Origin: Ignavibacteria bacterium
GTDB taxonomy: Bacteria > Bacteroidota > Ignavibacteria > Kapaibacteriales > Kapaibacteriaceae
Reading direction: 5' to 3'
NCBI GenBank assembly: GCA_947459875.1
Contig: CANHFG010000001.1
Location: 43,624 to 107,623, forward strand
DNA: 64,000 nucleotides
Positions 31,754 to 41,996 of this stretch are shown piece after piece; position 1 is the stretch's first letter; each line of letters opens with the position of its first letter. The position numbers and the translations under genes were made by a program. The notes under the pieces were generated by a model that did no database searches, was not told the DNA's origin, and worked only from the letters and a program-made list of their open reading frames with translations.

Positions 31754-34393
31754 ATGTTCGAGCGTGCACGGACAATATTGCGTGACGTGTTCGGACATCC
31801 CGAGTTCAGAGGCGGACAGGATGATATCATCCGTGCGGTTCTTTCAGGACGTGATGTGCTTGGAGTCCTCCCGACAGGCGGAGGCAAGTCGCTGTGCTAT
31901 CAGATCCCGGCGCTTCTCTTTCCTTACACGACACTGGTGATCTCACCACTTGTTGCTCTCATGCAGGATCAGACGCAGCGTCTGGCCGAGCGTGGCGTTG
32001 CGGCGGCATGTATTCACTCGGGGGTGGCTGATGATCATATCGACGCGATCATCAGGCAGGCTATGGCCGGCACGCTTCGGCTGCTCTACATAGCACCCGA
32101 GCGACTCGAGTCGACGGCGTTTCGCATGAAGCTGCATAACGTGCCGCTTAGTCTTGTCGCGGTTGATGAGGCGCACTGCGTCAGCGAGTGGGGACATGAT
32201 TTTCGTCCAAGCTACCGAAAGATCTCGACCATCTTCGAGACGCGTCCACGACTGCCAATCATTGCGCTTACGGCAACGGCTACACCGGATGTTCGACGTG
32301 ATATCGCGGCTTCGCTTACCCTGCGTGATCACATCGAGATCGTCCGCGGTTTTCATCGTCCGAACCTGACCTTTCGCGTCGAGCACACCGGATCAAAGAT
32401 CGAGTTCATCACGCGACTCGTCCGACAGCACCCCGAAGGTAGCACGATCATCTACGCAGGGTCACGGCGAAGAGTCGAGACCACCGCTGATGAGCTCCGC
32501 AAGCGCGGCATAGCGGCTCTGGGATACCATGCCGGCCTGGATGGTTCGCAGCGAAGCGATGTGCAGGATCGATTCCTGAGCGGCGCTAGCAGCGTCCTTG
32601 TTGCCACAAATGCCTTTGGCATGGGCATCGATAAATCCGACGTACGGCATGTTGTCCATACGGACCTGACGCTTACCCTCGAGGCATACTACCAGGAGGC
32701 CGGCAGAGCAGGTCGTGACGGCAAGCCGGCCGACTGCATTCTGCTGTATCAGAGCGACGATCGGCGTCTGATGGATTTCTTCATCTCCGGCACGCATCCC
32801 GAGCCGGCCGAGATCTGCGCAACGTATGACGCGATCACGCGTCGTATGTCGGCTCCGGTGGGCGCAATCAGCAGCGATCCGATCCTGGCTGATGCCGATA
32901 GCCTGGCGGCGGAACTGCACTGTTCGGTAGCGGTGATCAACGGTGCTCTTCTGGTGCTGGAGCGGTCGGGATTGCTCATCCGCACCACCTCGCACGGACA
33001 GGCTCGCCTGCAGCTGCGCACGACCTCTGCCCGATTGAGCGACTATGCTCGGCGGGCACCGGTTGAGCGGCGCATGGCAGCTGAGTTCATCGTGCGCCTG
33101 CTTAGTCACCTCGAGATCGGCGGTGAGATCGATCTTCCTCTCAGTGAGCTACTTCGCCGAACGGACCTTGCTCCGGCAGAGGTTGCCGGCGCTCTCTCGG
33201 CCATGCACATGGCTCAGCTGATCCGCTACCGTCCTCCGCAGTCGGGAGGGGGCATTGTGGTGGTTGGTCCGCGACTACTGCCGTCTGAACTGCCGGTGGA
33301 CTTTTCATCGATCCATCACCGGCGCGCCCATGCCGTGCGCAAGCTGGAGATCATGATCGGTTACGCCGAAACGCGCCAGTGCAAGCAAAACTATATCCTG
33401 TCGTACTTCGGCGATTCGTCAGGCATGCTGCGCTGCGGACGATGCAGCTCGTGTTTGCAGACACCCAGCAACGCCGCACTGTCGCCGCGTCAGCAGCCCC
33501 TTGTCATCGCCGCCATTGACGTTTCATGGCAGCTCAGGGGGCGATTCGGACGCCATGTCGTGGCCGATGTCATCCGAGGTGTGCTTTCGGATAAAGTGCG
33601 CCAGTACCGGCTTGACCGCGCAGCGTCGTGGTCGGCCTTTGCCGATCGCAGCAAGGCCGAAGTCCTGGAGGCGATCGACGAGGCGCTCAACCGCGGTTGG
33701 CTTGTGCGGTCTGCCGACATCTATCCGACCGTCGGTGCCAGCGATGACGGGATGCGACAGCTGGTCGATCCGCAGCGGCCCCTTGACCTCAGGATGCGTC
33801 CACCGTCCACCCCGAGCGCGTCGCAGGCGGACGCGTCGCGAGAGCGGTTTCATGCCCTGCAGGCCATGCGTGAGCGCCTTGCAGCCCATGCTAAGGTTGC
33901 GCCTTCAATGCTTGTCACCGATGATGAATTGCAGCGTATCGCCGACGATGCGCCCACGTCACTGGCACGAATGGTGCCGGGACGTCATGGAAGCGGGCAC
34001 TTCATTGCTCGATTTGGTGCTGAGGTATTGACAACGATCCGCGCCGTGGACACGTCCGTGAGCGTCGTGGCAGAGCCGGAAGAGCTGCCAACGGAACTAC
34101 TCGAGGTTCTGCGCCGTCATCGGCGCAGTTTCAGCGACATCATCCATGAGCTCGGCATGACGCCGCCGGCTGCTTCGCATGCTCTCGAACGCGCCATCGA
34201 ACGATATGCGTGGATCGAACGTTCGGGACTTGTCGACGACGATCTGTATGAAGAAGTTCTCACCTATGTTCGCTACCACCGTTATGCCAAGATCCGCCAT
34301 GTGCGCGAGCATTTACGTCGTGACGTGGACCTGCCGGTGCTGCGGGTTGCGCTGGCCTTTGCGCGACGGGATCTGGCGCAGACAGGATTATAG
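31754..34393 (+). CDS. recQ: ATP-dependent DNA helicase RecQ with a long C-terminal extension
   Basis: FRGGQDDIIRAVLSGRDVLGVLPTGGGKSLCYQIPALL, DEAHCVSEWGHDFRP and an HRDC-like segment. 879 aa, versus about 600 aa typical. Confidence 0.9.
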   Translation: MFERARTILRDVFGHPEFRGGQDDIIRAVLSGRDVLGVLPTGGGKSLCYQIPALLFPYTTLVISPLVALMQDQTQRLAERGVAAACIHSGVADDHIDAIIRQAMAGTLRLLYIAPERLESTAFRMKLHNVPLSLVAVDEAHCVSEWGHDFRPSYRKISTIFETRPRLPIIALTATATPDVRRDIAASLTLRDHIEIVRGFHRPNLTFRVEHTGSKIEFITRLVRQHPEGSTIIYAGSRRRVETTADELRKRGIAALGYHAGLDGSQRSDVQDRFLSGASSVLVATNAFGMGIDKSDVRHVVHTDLTLTLEAYYQEAGRAGRDGKPADCILLYQSDDRRLMDFFISGTHPEPAEICATYDAITRRMSAPVGAISSDPILADADSLAAELHCSVAVINGALLVLERSGLLIRTTSHGQARLQLRTTSARLSDYARRAPVERRMAAEFIVRLLSHLEIGGEIDLPLSELLRRTDLAPAEVAGALSAMHMAQLIRYRPPQSGGGIVVVGPRLLPSELPVDFSSIHHRRAHAVRKLEIMIGYAETRQCKQNYILSYFGDSSGMLRCGRCSSCLQTPSNAALSPRQQPLVIAAIDVSWQLRGRFGRHVVADVIRGVLSDKVRQYRLDRAASWSAFADRSKAEVLEAIDEALNRGWLVRSADIYPTVGASDDGMRQLVDPQRPLDLRMRPPSTPSASQADASRERFHALQAMRERLAAHAKVAPSMLVTDDELQRIADDAPTSLARMVPGRHGSGHFIARFGAEVLTTIRAVDTSVSVVAEPEELPTELLEVLRRHRRSFSDIIHELGMTPPAASHALERAIERYAWIERSGLVDDDLYEEVLTYVRYHRYAKIRHVREHLRRDVDLPVLRVALAFARRDLAQTGL

Positions 34394-34402
34394 AAAAACG
34401 CC

Positions 34403-37400
34403 GTGAAGCTGCTCAACACCATCATTGCTGTTGCCGTGCTTGTGAGTGCGGGTGACGCTCTTGCCCAGCAGCGCGTCCTGGTGCGTCTTCATTCTCGGAC
34501 CGTGCCCGAGCAGCTCCTGCCGTTCACGCCTCGTGCGGCCATTGCTGATGCTCTCGTGCAGGTCAAAGCCGTGGATGCGCTGCAGTCGTCATCCCAGCGA
34601 GCCCTTATCGAGCGGCTATCCCGCTATGTCGTGATCGACCTTCCGTCGGGGATGGATCGGTCCGCACTTGATGGCACTGCAGGTATCGAAGATGTTCGAC
34701 CCCTTGCGCGCTTCCGACTTCATGAAGAGCCCCTTACCGACGACTCGCTTGCCGATCGGCAGTATGCGCTGCAGCGCATCGGTGCCGCCCGGGCCTGGCA
34801 GCGGGCAACCGGCAAGGGCATGGTGGTGGGGATCATCGATACCGGCATTGACTGGACGCATGAAGATCTCATGGGCGCGCTGAGCATCACGCCGGCGGAA
34901 GACCGTAATGGTAATCAGCGCTTCGATGCATGGTCGCATCGCGATACGATCGGTGGTCTGACGGGTGACCTTGACGGACTTGATAACGACGGCAATGGCA
35001 TCGTTGATGACGTGATCGGCATAGACCTTGTGGACCAGGCAACGCGCAACCTTGGCGATGACCGTGAGTATGACCCGATCCCGTTCGATGAGCAGGGACA
35101 CGGAACGCTGGTAGGGGGCGTTATTGCCGCCACACCCAATAACCGTCGAGGAATCGCCGGACTTGCCTACGACGCTCGTCTGAGGATCGTTCGTGCGTTC
35201 GATGCCACCGGAAATGCCGAGGAGGATGACGTCGCGGCCGGAATCGTATACCTTGCGCTGCAGGGTGTTGACGTGATCAACATGAGCTTTGGCGATGGCG
35301 TCGATTCTCCGCTGATGCGCGATGCGATCCGGTTCGCCCATGAGCGCGGCTGCCTGCTTGTGGCCTCGGCCGGTAACACCGGTACGACGTCACGGCAGTT
35401 CCCGGCCGGTTATGATGAGGTAATCGCCGTAGCTGCCACGAATGATGAAAATCAGCGTTCGCCGTTCTCTTCGTCCGGACCTCTTGTGGCGCTCTCTGCA
35501 CCGGGTCAGGCCATTGTCACAACTTCCGTCGGCTCGCGCTACCGCACCGTCAATGGCACGTCATTCTCAGCCCCTTACGTTGCGGCCACTATCGCCATGA
35601 TGCGCCAGAGGTTTCCGATGATGGACCGAGCCGACGTACGAGCCACGCTGCAGCAGCGCACGCTCGACCTTGGACCTCGGGGCTGGGATGATCTTTTTGG
35701 TGCAGGGCTGCTGCGGGCCGATCTGGCGCTTGCAGACGGTCCGTCGAGTCGCGTGGAGATCACCGAGCCATCAAATGAGATCGAGATCGACCGGAGCAAG
35801 ACTCCGCAGATCGACGTGCGCGGCAGTACAATGCTGGCAAGCTTTTCCGGCTATGAGCTGGCCTGGGCTGAGGGTCTTACCCCTCGGACGTGGTCGACAG
35901 TTTCATCGTCGGCCACGGCAGTGCGCGATGGACTTCTGGGGCGCGTAGGCCTGCCCGAGAGCGACAGCCAGGTGGTCACGCTGCGGCTTCGCGTTCTCAG
36001 CAGTGACGGCCGCTCGCTGGACGTGTTCCGTCGTGTGCGGCTGGTGCCGTCGGCAGACCTCAGCATACGATCGATAGAGATCGTGCCGGCCTGGAAGACT
36101 GATCGCCGCACGGCCGTTGTAACGGTTCGAACCACTCTGCCATGCGCCTGTGAGCTGACCAGTACCACCGATACGACTGCCCTGGTGCAATCGCTCCGGC
36201 GGGCCCGTGTACACTCGATGATCGTTCCCGATACGCTGCGCAGTGCCGCAGAGCAGCAACTGCTTGTGCGCTGCACATCCGAGGTAGGCAGTCGGCATGA
36301 CAGTTCGATCGTGATAAACGGATCGATGCAGGGGGCAGGTGCCGATTCGCAGTGGAGCTCTGCCGGTGCAGCGCCGTGGAGCGGATATGTCCTCAATGAC
36401 ATACGGGATATCTACCGCGATGGGCGAGCCACTGTTGTCATGAACGACATGTCACGCGGTACGTTTGGAGCTCTGGTAACGCGGCAGTTTGACGACGGCC
36501 GCTGGAACACCAGAGATTCGATCCCCGACGTCTACATTCCTCGCGGCCTTGGTGATGCCAATGGCAATGGCCTCCTGGATCTGCTCGTGCACACCGTCGG
36601 CAAGATGGTCCTCTTCGAGCAGCGTGAACCGGGTGGCAGCCCCATGGCATCGGTGATCTTTGCCGATACAACCTCGGGCGTGAATGGCGCCGGAATGGTA
36701 GACATCGACGGTGACGGACGCGAGGAACTGATCGGTCTGGCCGACGATGAATGCCTGGTCTATACCTTCAAAGGCACGGCATTTCGGCTGCTCGGTTCGA
36801 TCACCAACTCAACTCCGCCCGCGCCGGGCAACGCCATGAACAGGGTCGATGAGATCAGCATAGCCAGTGGCGACTTTGACGGCGACGGACGTATGGAGAT
36901 CGCCTTCAGCGATACCGACGGTGATCTGGTGATCGGCGAGTGGCAGGGGACGCGGTTTGATCTGACCTATACCCTGACGCAGCCCGGGTCGGGAGGCTCC
37001 GGCTTCGTGGCCCAGGGTGATGTGACCGGCGATGGCAGGCCGGACGTTGTCTACGCCGTACCTGATAGCATCGAGGCCGATGCCAATGGGGATTATGGTC
37101 GATCGGTCTGGACCTATACTCTGCTCGGTTCCACGGCGGACAACACGTTCGAACAACTATGGCAGGATCGCGTGGCCGGCGTTCGATACGGTGCAGGATT
37201 TCGCAATGGTCTGGCCGTGGGAGAGCTCGACGACGTCAAAGGCGCCGAGATCGTCCTCTGCGCGTTCCCTCGGCTGTATGTTTTCGGTCGCAATGCCCGC
37301 GGCACATCCATGGTGTGTAAACGCTACATCGCCGACGTGGCATCGCCGAGATTTCTCATCCACGACTTCGATGGAAACGGTCGACGTGAGCTCGGTTATG

Positions 37401-38644
37401 GAGTGACCATCGCAGAGATCGGTGCGATGACGTCTTTCATGTTCACCGAGACTACCGCGTACGAACTTGAGGCCCCTTCATCGCTGCGCGCGCAATGGCT
37501 GGGCGATGATCTGCAGCTGGACTGGATGCGTTCGAGCACGGATGGGCTGTCCGTGATCGAATGGGCCGAGCCATCCGCCCCCTTCACGTTGCTTGATACC
37601 ACCGGCGGTATGACCTTCACACTCGCAGCGAGTTCCTTCAAAGCCCCAGTCATGCGCTTTCGCGTTCGTGCGCTTGACGTATCCAGCGGAATCCTTTCCT
37701 CGCCTTCGAACACCGTCACGGCTGTCCGGAGAGGATCGTTGCCGCGTGTCTTTGTCGCCCGAGATACTGTTCGACGCTCAGAGGTGCAAGCCGGACTGAT
37801 GATGCCTATGATCGCCACGGCCGACCTTGATGTGCGTTCACTGACAACGACGATGTTCGAGTACATCGATGATGCAGGCAGAAAAGTAGGCAGGGCCAGA
37901 TCGGTCGTTCCGAGATCGCTCAGAGACATGATCGTATCGTTACCCCCTCATGAACCCGGAAGCAGTCTCGGCATAGGTCTGCGCGGGATCCGTGATGCGC
38001 AGGGCAGGGGGCTTGCCGATACCGTGATCATCGTGGAGGTGATTCCGGATGAGCCGCCATCGCGCGAGATCACACTCGCATCGGTCACGGTGGAATCCCT
38101 GCGGCAGATTCGTGTTTCGTTCAGCGAACCGGTCGATCAGAGTGCCGAGCTCGTTACAGCCTACCGTCTTGCACCCGCTGGCCGCATCATTTCGGTTGTT
38201 CGCACGGGCGAGTCGACTCTTCAGATTCTGCTTGATGCAGAGAGGCCGCTCGAGCCGCGCGGTGTGCCATACTCCATCACTGCCACAGGGGTTACCTCGG
38301 CCAGCGGCACGAAAATGACCCTCGGTGCGGGGTCTACGCTGCTCTTTACCGTCGTTGCTCCTGATCTGGAATCTGTGTACGCCTATCCGCAGCCCCTGCA
38401 CCTGGGTCAGCATGCTGCACTGAACATCGGCGGCCTTCCGTCGACGGCAACCGTAGAGGTGCTCGATGCCTCTTTTACGCCGCTCAGACGACTCGAGACC
38501 ACCTCCGGTATAGGGGGCATTGAGTGGGATCTGAGGCTAAGCGACGGCCGCAGTCTGGTTCCGGGACTTTACTATGTGCGCGTCAGTGACGAATCGAATC
38601 CCGATGCTGGGCCCGTTCTTCGGAAGGTTTGGATCGAACGCTAA
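34403..38644 (+). CDS. S8 subtilisin-like serine peptidase with FG-GAP/VCBS-like repeats and a T9SS C-terminal sorting domain (1413 aa)
   Basis: Signal peptide. Catalytic triad contexts VVGIIDTGIDWTHEDL, HGTLVGGVIAA and GTSFSAPYVAATIAMM. Repeats DIDGDGREELIG, GDFDGDGRMEIAFSDTDGD, GDVTGDGRPDVVYA and HDFDGNGRREL. CTD ...GLYYVRVSDESNPDAGPVLRKVWIER. Confidence 0.85.
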   Translation: MKLLNTIIAVAVLVSAGDALAQQRVLVRLHSRTVPEQLLPFTPRAAIADALVQVKAVDALQSSSQRALIERLSRYVVIDLPSGMDRSALDGTAGIEDVRPLARFRLHEEPLTDDSLADRQYALQRIGAARAWQRATGKGMVVGIIDTGIDWTHEDLMGALSITPAEDRNGNQRFDAWSHRDTIGGLTGDLDGLDNDGNGIVDDVIGIDLVDQATRNLGDDREYDPIPFDEQGHGTLVGGVIAATPNNRRGIAGLAYDARLRIVRAFDATGNAEEDDVAAGIVYLALQGVDVINMSFGDGVDSPLMRDAIRFAHERGCLLVASAGNTGTTSRQFPAGYDEVIAVAATNDENQRSPFSSSGPLVALSAPGQAIVTTSVGSRYRTVNGTSFSAPYVAATIAMMRQRFPMMDRADVRATLQQRTLDLGPRGWDDLFGAGLLRADLALADGPSSRVEITEPSNEIEIDRSKTPQIDVRGSTMLASFSGYELAWAEGLTPRTWSTVSSSATAVRDGLLGRVGLPESDSQVVTLRLRVLSSDGRSLDVFRRVRLVPSADLSIRSIEIVPAWKTDRRTAVVTVRTTLPCACELTSTTDTTALVQSLRRARVHSMIVPDTLRSAAEQQLLVRCTSEVGSRHDSSIVINGSMQGAGADSQWSSAGAAPWSGYVLNDIRDIYRDGRATVVMNDMSRGTFGALVTRQFDDGRWNTRDSIPDVYIPRGLGDANGNGLLDLLVHTVGKMVLFEQREPGGSPMASVIFADTTSGVNGAGMVDIDGDGREELIGLADDECLVYTFKGTAFRLLGSITNSTPPAPGNAMNRVDEISIASGDFDGDGRMEIAFSDTDGDLVIGEWQGTRFDLTYTLTQPGSGGSGFVAQGDVTGDGRPDVVYAVPDSIEADANGDYGRSVWTYTLLGSTADNTFEQLWQDRVAGVRYGAGFRNGLAVGELDDVKGAEIVLCAFPRLYVFGRNARGTSMVCKRYIADVASPRFLIHDFDGNGRRELGYGVTIAEIGAMTSFMFTETTAYELEAPSSLRAQWLGDDLQLDWMRSSTDGLSVIEWAEPSAPFTLLDTTGGMTFTLAASSFKAPVMRFRVRALDVSSGILSSPSNTVTAVRRGSLPRVFVARDTVRRSEVQAGLMMPMIATADLDVRSLTTTMFEYIDDAGRKVGRARSVVPRSLRDMIVSLPPHEPGSSLGIGLRGIRDAQGRGLADTVIIVEVIPDEPPSREITLASVTVESLRQIRVSFSEPVDQSAELVTAYRLAPAGRIISVVRTGESTLQILLDAERPLEPRGVPYSITATGVTSASGTKMTLGAGSTLLFTVVAPDLESVYAYPQPLHLGQHAALNIGGLPSTATVEVLDASFTPLRRLETTSGIGGIEWDLRLSDGRSLVPGLYYVRVSDESNPDAGPVLRKVWIER

Positions 38645-38657
38645 GCGGCAGACCTTA

Positions 38658-40085
38658 TCAGGCGGTGAGCATCCTCCGCAGACCGCCAACATTGCCATTG
38701 CTGAGGATCGCCACGACGTCACCCGACTTGACGCGGCGACCGAGAAACTCCATTGCATCGTTGCCCCATGAAGGGTCGGCCGCCCGCGCCGAATCGATCG
38801 AGAACGCTTCGACGCCGCAGCGGGCGATCGCTTCGACGAGTTTTTTCGTGTCGAGCCGCTCGTTCTCCCGGTACCGCTCCGGTCGGTTGACCGGGCCAAG
38901 ACATACCGATGCAGCGCCCGCGAAACACTCGCCGAGTTCCTTCTGAAAGAAGTTCCGCGTGGTGGTGTTGGAACGGGGCTCAAACACCACATGGATCCCT
39001 GCCGATGGATACTTCTGGCGCAGCGCCGAGATAGTCGCAGCGATCGCCGTTGGATGGTGGGCAAAGTCGTCAATGACCTCAGCCCCCTTCCATGAACCGA
39101 GAACTTCGAGTCGGCGCTTGGGCGGCACGTAGGCCGGCATTGCCAGCTGCTGTTCCTGCGATGTCAGCCCTGCGTGGAATGTTGAGGCGATGGCCATGGT
39201 TGCGTTGCGCACGTTGTGCAGGCCCGGCATGGCCATTGTGAAACGACCATAGAGCGAGCCGTTGTAGTCGACACTCCACGAAGTCTGCTCGCCCTGCTCC
39301 AGCAGGTCATGGATACGCCATGAGGCGTCGCCGGCCAGGCCTACCGTTTCTCGCCTCGTAGGGCATCCTTCGGCGGCTCGCATGGCGTTGGGGTCGTCGG
39401 CATTGACAAGCACGACGCCCGACGACGGCACGATGCGGACCATCTGACGGAAGCTGCGGATGATCGACTCAAGGTCATCGAAGATATCGGCATGGTCAAA
39501 CTCGAGATTGTTGATCACGGCGATCGTCGGTCGGTAATGCACGAACTTGCTGCGCTTGTCGAAGAAGGCCGTGTCGTATTCGTCGCCCTCGCTAACAAAG
39601 ACTCCGCCGAAAGTGTTGTGAAGGTGCGATGGAACCGGGCGGCACCCGACTGAGAAGTTGCCCGGTACGCCGCCGATGAGAAAGCCTGGGCTTCGGCCCG
39701 CGTGCTCCAGAAGCCATGCCGTTATGCTTGATGTTGTGGTCTTGCCGTGAGTACCGCAACAGACGATCGACGTGTTGCGGGAGATGAACAGCCGGCCAAC
39801 GAGGTCGGCCATGGAGGTCATGTCCCAGCGCTGATCGAGAACAAACTCAAGTTCAGGGTTGCCGCGGCTTATGGCATTGCCGATCACGACGAGATCCGGC
39901 CGAGAGTCGGAAAGAGCCTGTGCATCGTACGACTCACGCCGGTCAATTCCCGCTTCGTCGAGAACCGAGCACATCGGTTCATAGACCGGGCCATCGCTGC
40001 CCGTAACGGTGTGTCCCTGCATTCTGCAGGCCACTGCAACCGATCCCATTGCGGTGCCTCCGATGCCGGTGAAGTGAATGTGCAT
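38658..40085 (-). CDS. mpl: UDP-N-acetylmuramate:L-alanyl-gamma-D-glutamyl-meso-diaminopimelate ligase (murein peptide ligase)
   Basis: MHIHFTGIGGTAMGSVA, GTHGKTTT and EGDEYDTAFFDKRSKFVHY match Mpl rather than MurC. The start is taken at the internal ATG (40083-40085). Confidence 0.85.
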   Translation of the reverse strand: MHIHFTGIGGTAMGSVAVACRMQGHTVTGSDGPVYEPMCSVLDEAGIDRRESYDAQALSDSRPDLVVIGNAISRGNPELEFVLDQRWDMTSMADLVGRLFISRNTSIVCCGTHGKTTTSSITAWLLEHAGRSPGFLIGGVPGNFSVGCRPVPSHLHNTFGGVFVSEGDEYDTAFFDKRSKFVHYRPTIAVINNLEFDHADIFDDLESIIRSFRQMVRIVPSSGVVLVNADDPNAMRAAEGCPTRRETVGLAGDASWRIHDLLEQGEQTSWSVDYNGSLYGRFTMAMPGLHNVRNATMAIASTFHAGLTSQEQQLAMPAYVPPKRRLEVLGSWKGAEVIDDFAHHPTAIAATISALRQKYPSAGIHVVFEPRSNTTTRNFFQKELGECFAGAASVCLGPVNRPERYRENERLDTKKLVEAIARCGVEAFSIDSARAADPSWGNDAMEFLGRRVKSGDVVAILSNGNVGGLRRMLTA

Positions 40086-40180
40086 GTGTCGATGGCTCTC
40101 TGAAAATGTGGTAACTTTCCTAGTCACAAACATACGCGGCCGCACTGCGCGGCGTGCCGTTCAACCGTCGAGGAAAGTCT

Positions 40181-41518
40181 ATGAACATGTTGCGATTCGC
40201 CCTCTGCCTTTTTGTCTGCACCGCCGTTACCAGCGCCCAGTACTGGGAGCAGACGAGCGGTCCACCAGCACCTACGGTATGTCTGGCTGCGAATTCAAAG
40301 GGGCATGTCTTTGCCGGAACACAGTTCAGCAAGGTCTATCGCACGACCGACAGAGGTACCAACTGGGAGCCGTTGGAGAATGGCATTGCAACCGGGATGG
40401 ACTTTACCACGGTGGCTCAGATCAAGGTTGGCCCGAACGATGTGCTGTTCGCGGCGGTTTATGGTCTGGGTCTGCTTCGCTCGGATGATAATGGTGAGAA
40501 CTGGAGGAAGCTGGATCTCAAGATCAACAATATGACGCCATCGAGCCGGCTGTTTTTCCATCTCAAGCCCCTTGTCTCGGGTGCGCTGCAGATCTTCGTT
40601 GGTTATGACGGTGGTCCAACCAATCTCCTGATGCGCATCTCGAATGATGGCGGAGAGACATTCACCGAAGTGTCCCGCTCGAATATCCCTTCAGCGACGA
40701 ATTCTATCTTCGGTGTCTTCATCTCGCCAACCTCCGACAAGCTGTTCGTACTTGTGAGCTACAACAAGGGGCTCTACCGCACGACGAACGGTGGTGCCTC
40801 CTGGGCGCGCATCGATACCGATGCATCGTCCGGAGAGAGCGATGATACGTTTCGGCAGATGACCTCTGACGAAAAGGGGCATCTCTACGTCGGGCGCAAT
40901 GCGCTTCCCGGGTCAACAAAGACACCGAACGCAGTTGTCATGAAGTCCACCAATGACGGTGAATCATGGACCTATCTGACAAATGGCTGGGACAACCGCG
41001 ACGTGACGAACAATCGGATCAGCTCGATCTCCATTGGAAAGAACGGTCGGATCTGGGCCACACTGGAAAAGTCGTCGGGTCCGATGCTCAGCACGAACTA
41101 TGGCGAGTCGTGGTCAACGATCAAGGATGGCTTCGAAGGTGAAGACGGGGCCGCACGGGCGATCGTCATTGCAGCTGATGGAGCAGAGTACGTGGCACCG
41201 GTCTCGGGTTTCGTCATGCGTCACCTCGGCGCAGCATCTGTCAACGAGTACCTTTCGAAGCTGCGTATTGATGCCTATCCGAACCCGGCAACTGACCGGC
41301 TTCGCATTGATCTTGGCTCGCAGGATGCCGGAACATTTGATATCGAACTGGTCGATGCTGCTGGCCGTCAGGTGATCCCGTCGCACAGGGCGGTAGCCGC
41401 AGTCGGAGCATCCACAAGCGTGTGGCTGTCGACGAGCGAAATCCCGTCGGGCATGTACTCTGCCGTCATCCGTTCGAATGGTGGCGTGCGCTCGGTACCT
41501 GTGGCTGTTGTGCGCTGA
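40181..41518 (+). CDS. BNR/sialidase-like repeat protein with a T9SS C-terminal sorting domain
   Basis: Signal peptide MNMLRFALCLFVCTAVTSAQ. Six SxDxGxTW-type BNR motifs (TTDRGTNWE, SDDNGENWR, SNDGGETFT, TTNGGASWA, STNDGESWT, STNYGESWS). CTD ...IDAYPNPATDRLRIDLG...SVPVAVVR. Confidence 0.75.
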   Translation: MNMLRFALCLFVCTAVTSAQYWEQTSGPPAPTVCLAANSKGHVFAGTQFSKVYRTTDRGTNWEPLENGIATGMDFTTVAQIKVGPNDVLFAAVYGLGLLRSDDNGENWRKLDLKINNMTPSSRLFFHLKPLVSGALQIFVGYDGGPTNLLMRISNDGGETFTEVSRSNIPSATNSIFGVFISPTSDKLFVLVSYNKGLYRTTNGGASWARIDTDASSGESDDTFRQMTSDEKGHLYVGRNALPGSTKTPNAVVMKSTNDGESWTYLTNGWDNRDVTNNRISSISIGKNGRIWATLEKSSGPMLSTNYGESWSTIKDGFEGEDGAARAIVIAADGAEYVAPVSGFVMRHLGAASVNEYLSKLRIDAYPNPATDRLRIDLGSQDAGTFDIELVDAAGRQVIPSHRAVAAVGASTSVWLSTSEIPSGMYSAVIRSNGGVRSVPVAVVR

Positions 41519-41559
41519 TAAGCCCCCTTATGCTGGTGTCAGATTGAGGGGCGACGTTG

Positions 41560-41976
41560 TTACTTGCGACGCAGATCGGTGATCTTGGTGATCCACCACT
41601 GACCGTCCTTACGCAGTGTGCCGAACTGCATCTTGCGGATGTAATCAAGCGTGATGGTAACATCGTGTACAGACTCTGACACGGTGTCAACACGCGTTTC
41701 CGAGATGGCCACACCGGCCATCACAGCCCGCCAGCGCACGAGATCGTCGGCCAGCTCATACTTTTCAACGGCCAAAAGAGGCCGACCCGTAGGGCCGACC
41801 ATCAACTCTGTCGCTGCTGTGGTATTGCCGCTGTCGATCTCGGCCTTGAACACATGCACCACGCCTGCCGACGAGCGCTGACTGCGCTCGATCACCGGTG
41901 TACGACGCTGAGTTGAGCCGATGACAAACAATTCGCACCCCGTGATCGCAATGGCGAAGAAGGCGGTTATGATCAT
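41560..41976 (-). CDS. Hypothetical lipoprotein
   Basis: MIITAFFAIAITGC lipobox when started at the internal ATG. No known domain. Confidence 0.45.
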   Translation of the reverse strand: MIITAFFAIAITGCELFVIGSTQRRTPVIERSQRSSAGVVHVFKAEIDSGNTTAATELMVGPTGRPLLAVEKYELADDLVRWRAVMAGVAISETRVDTVSESVHDVTITLDYIRKMQFGTLRKDGQWWITKITDLRRK

Positions 41977-41996
41977 GCCGTGCCGATGTGTTCTCA

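Noticed and set aside
41519-41559. Possible bidirectional terminator between the BNR gene and the lipoprotein gene (GCCCCCT...GAGGGGC)
   Set aside because: The stem is imperfect with a 17-nt loop and no clear U-tract.
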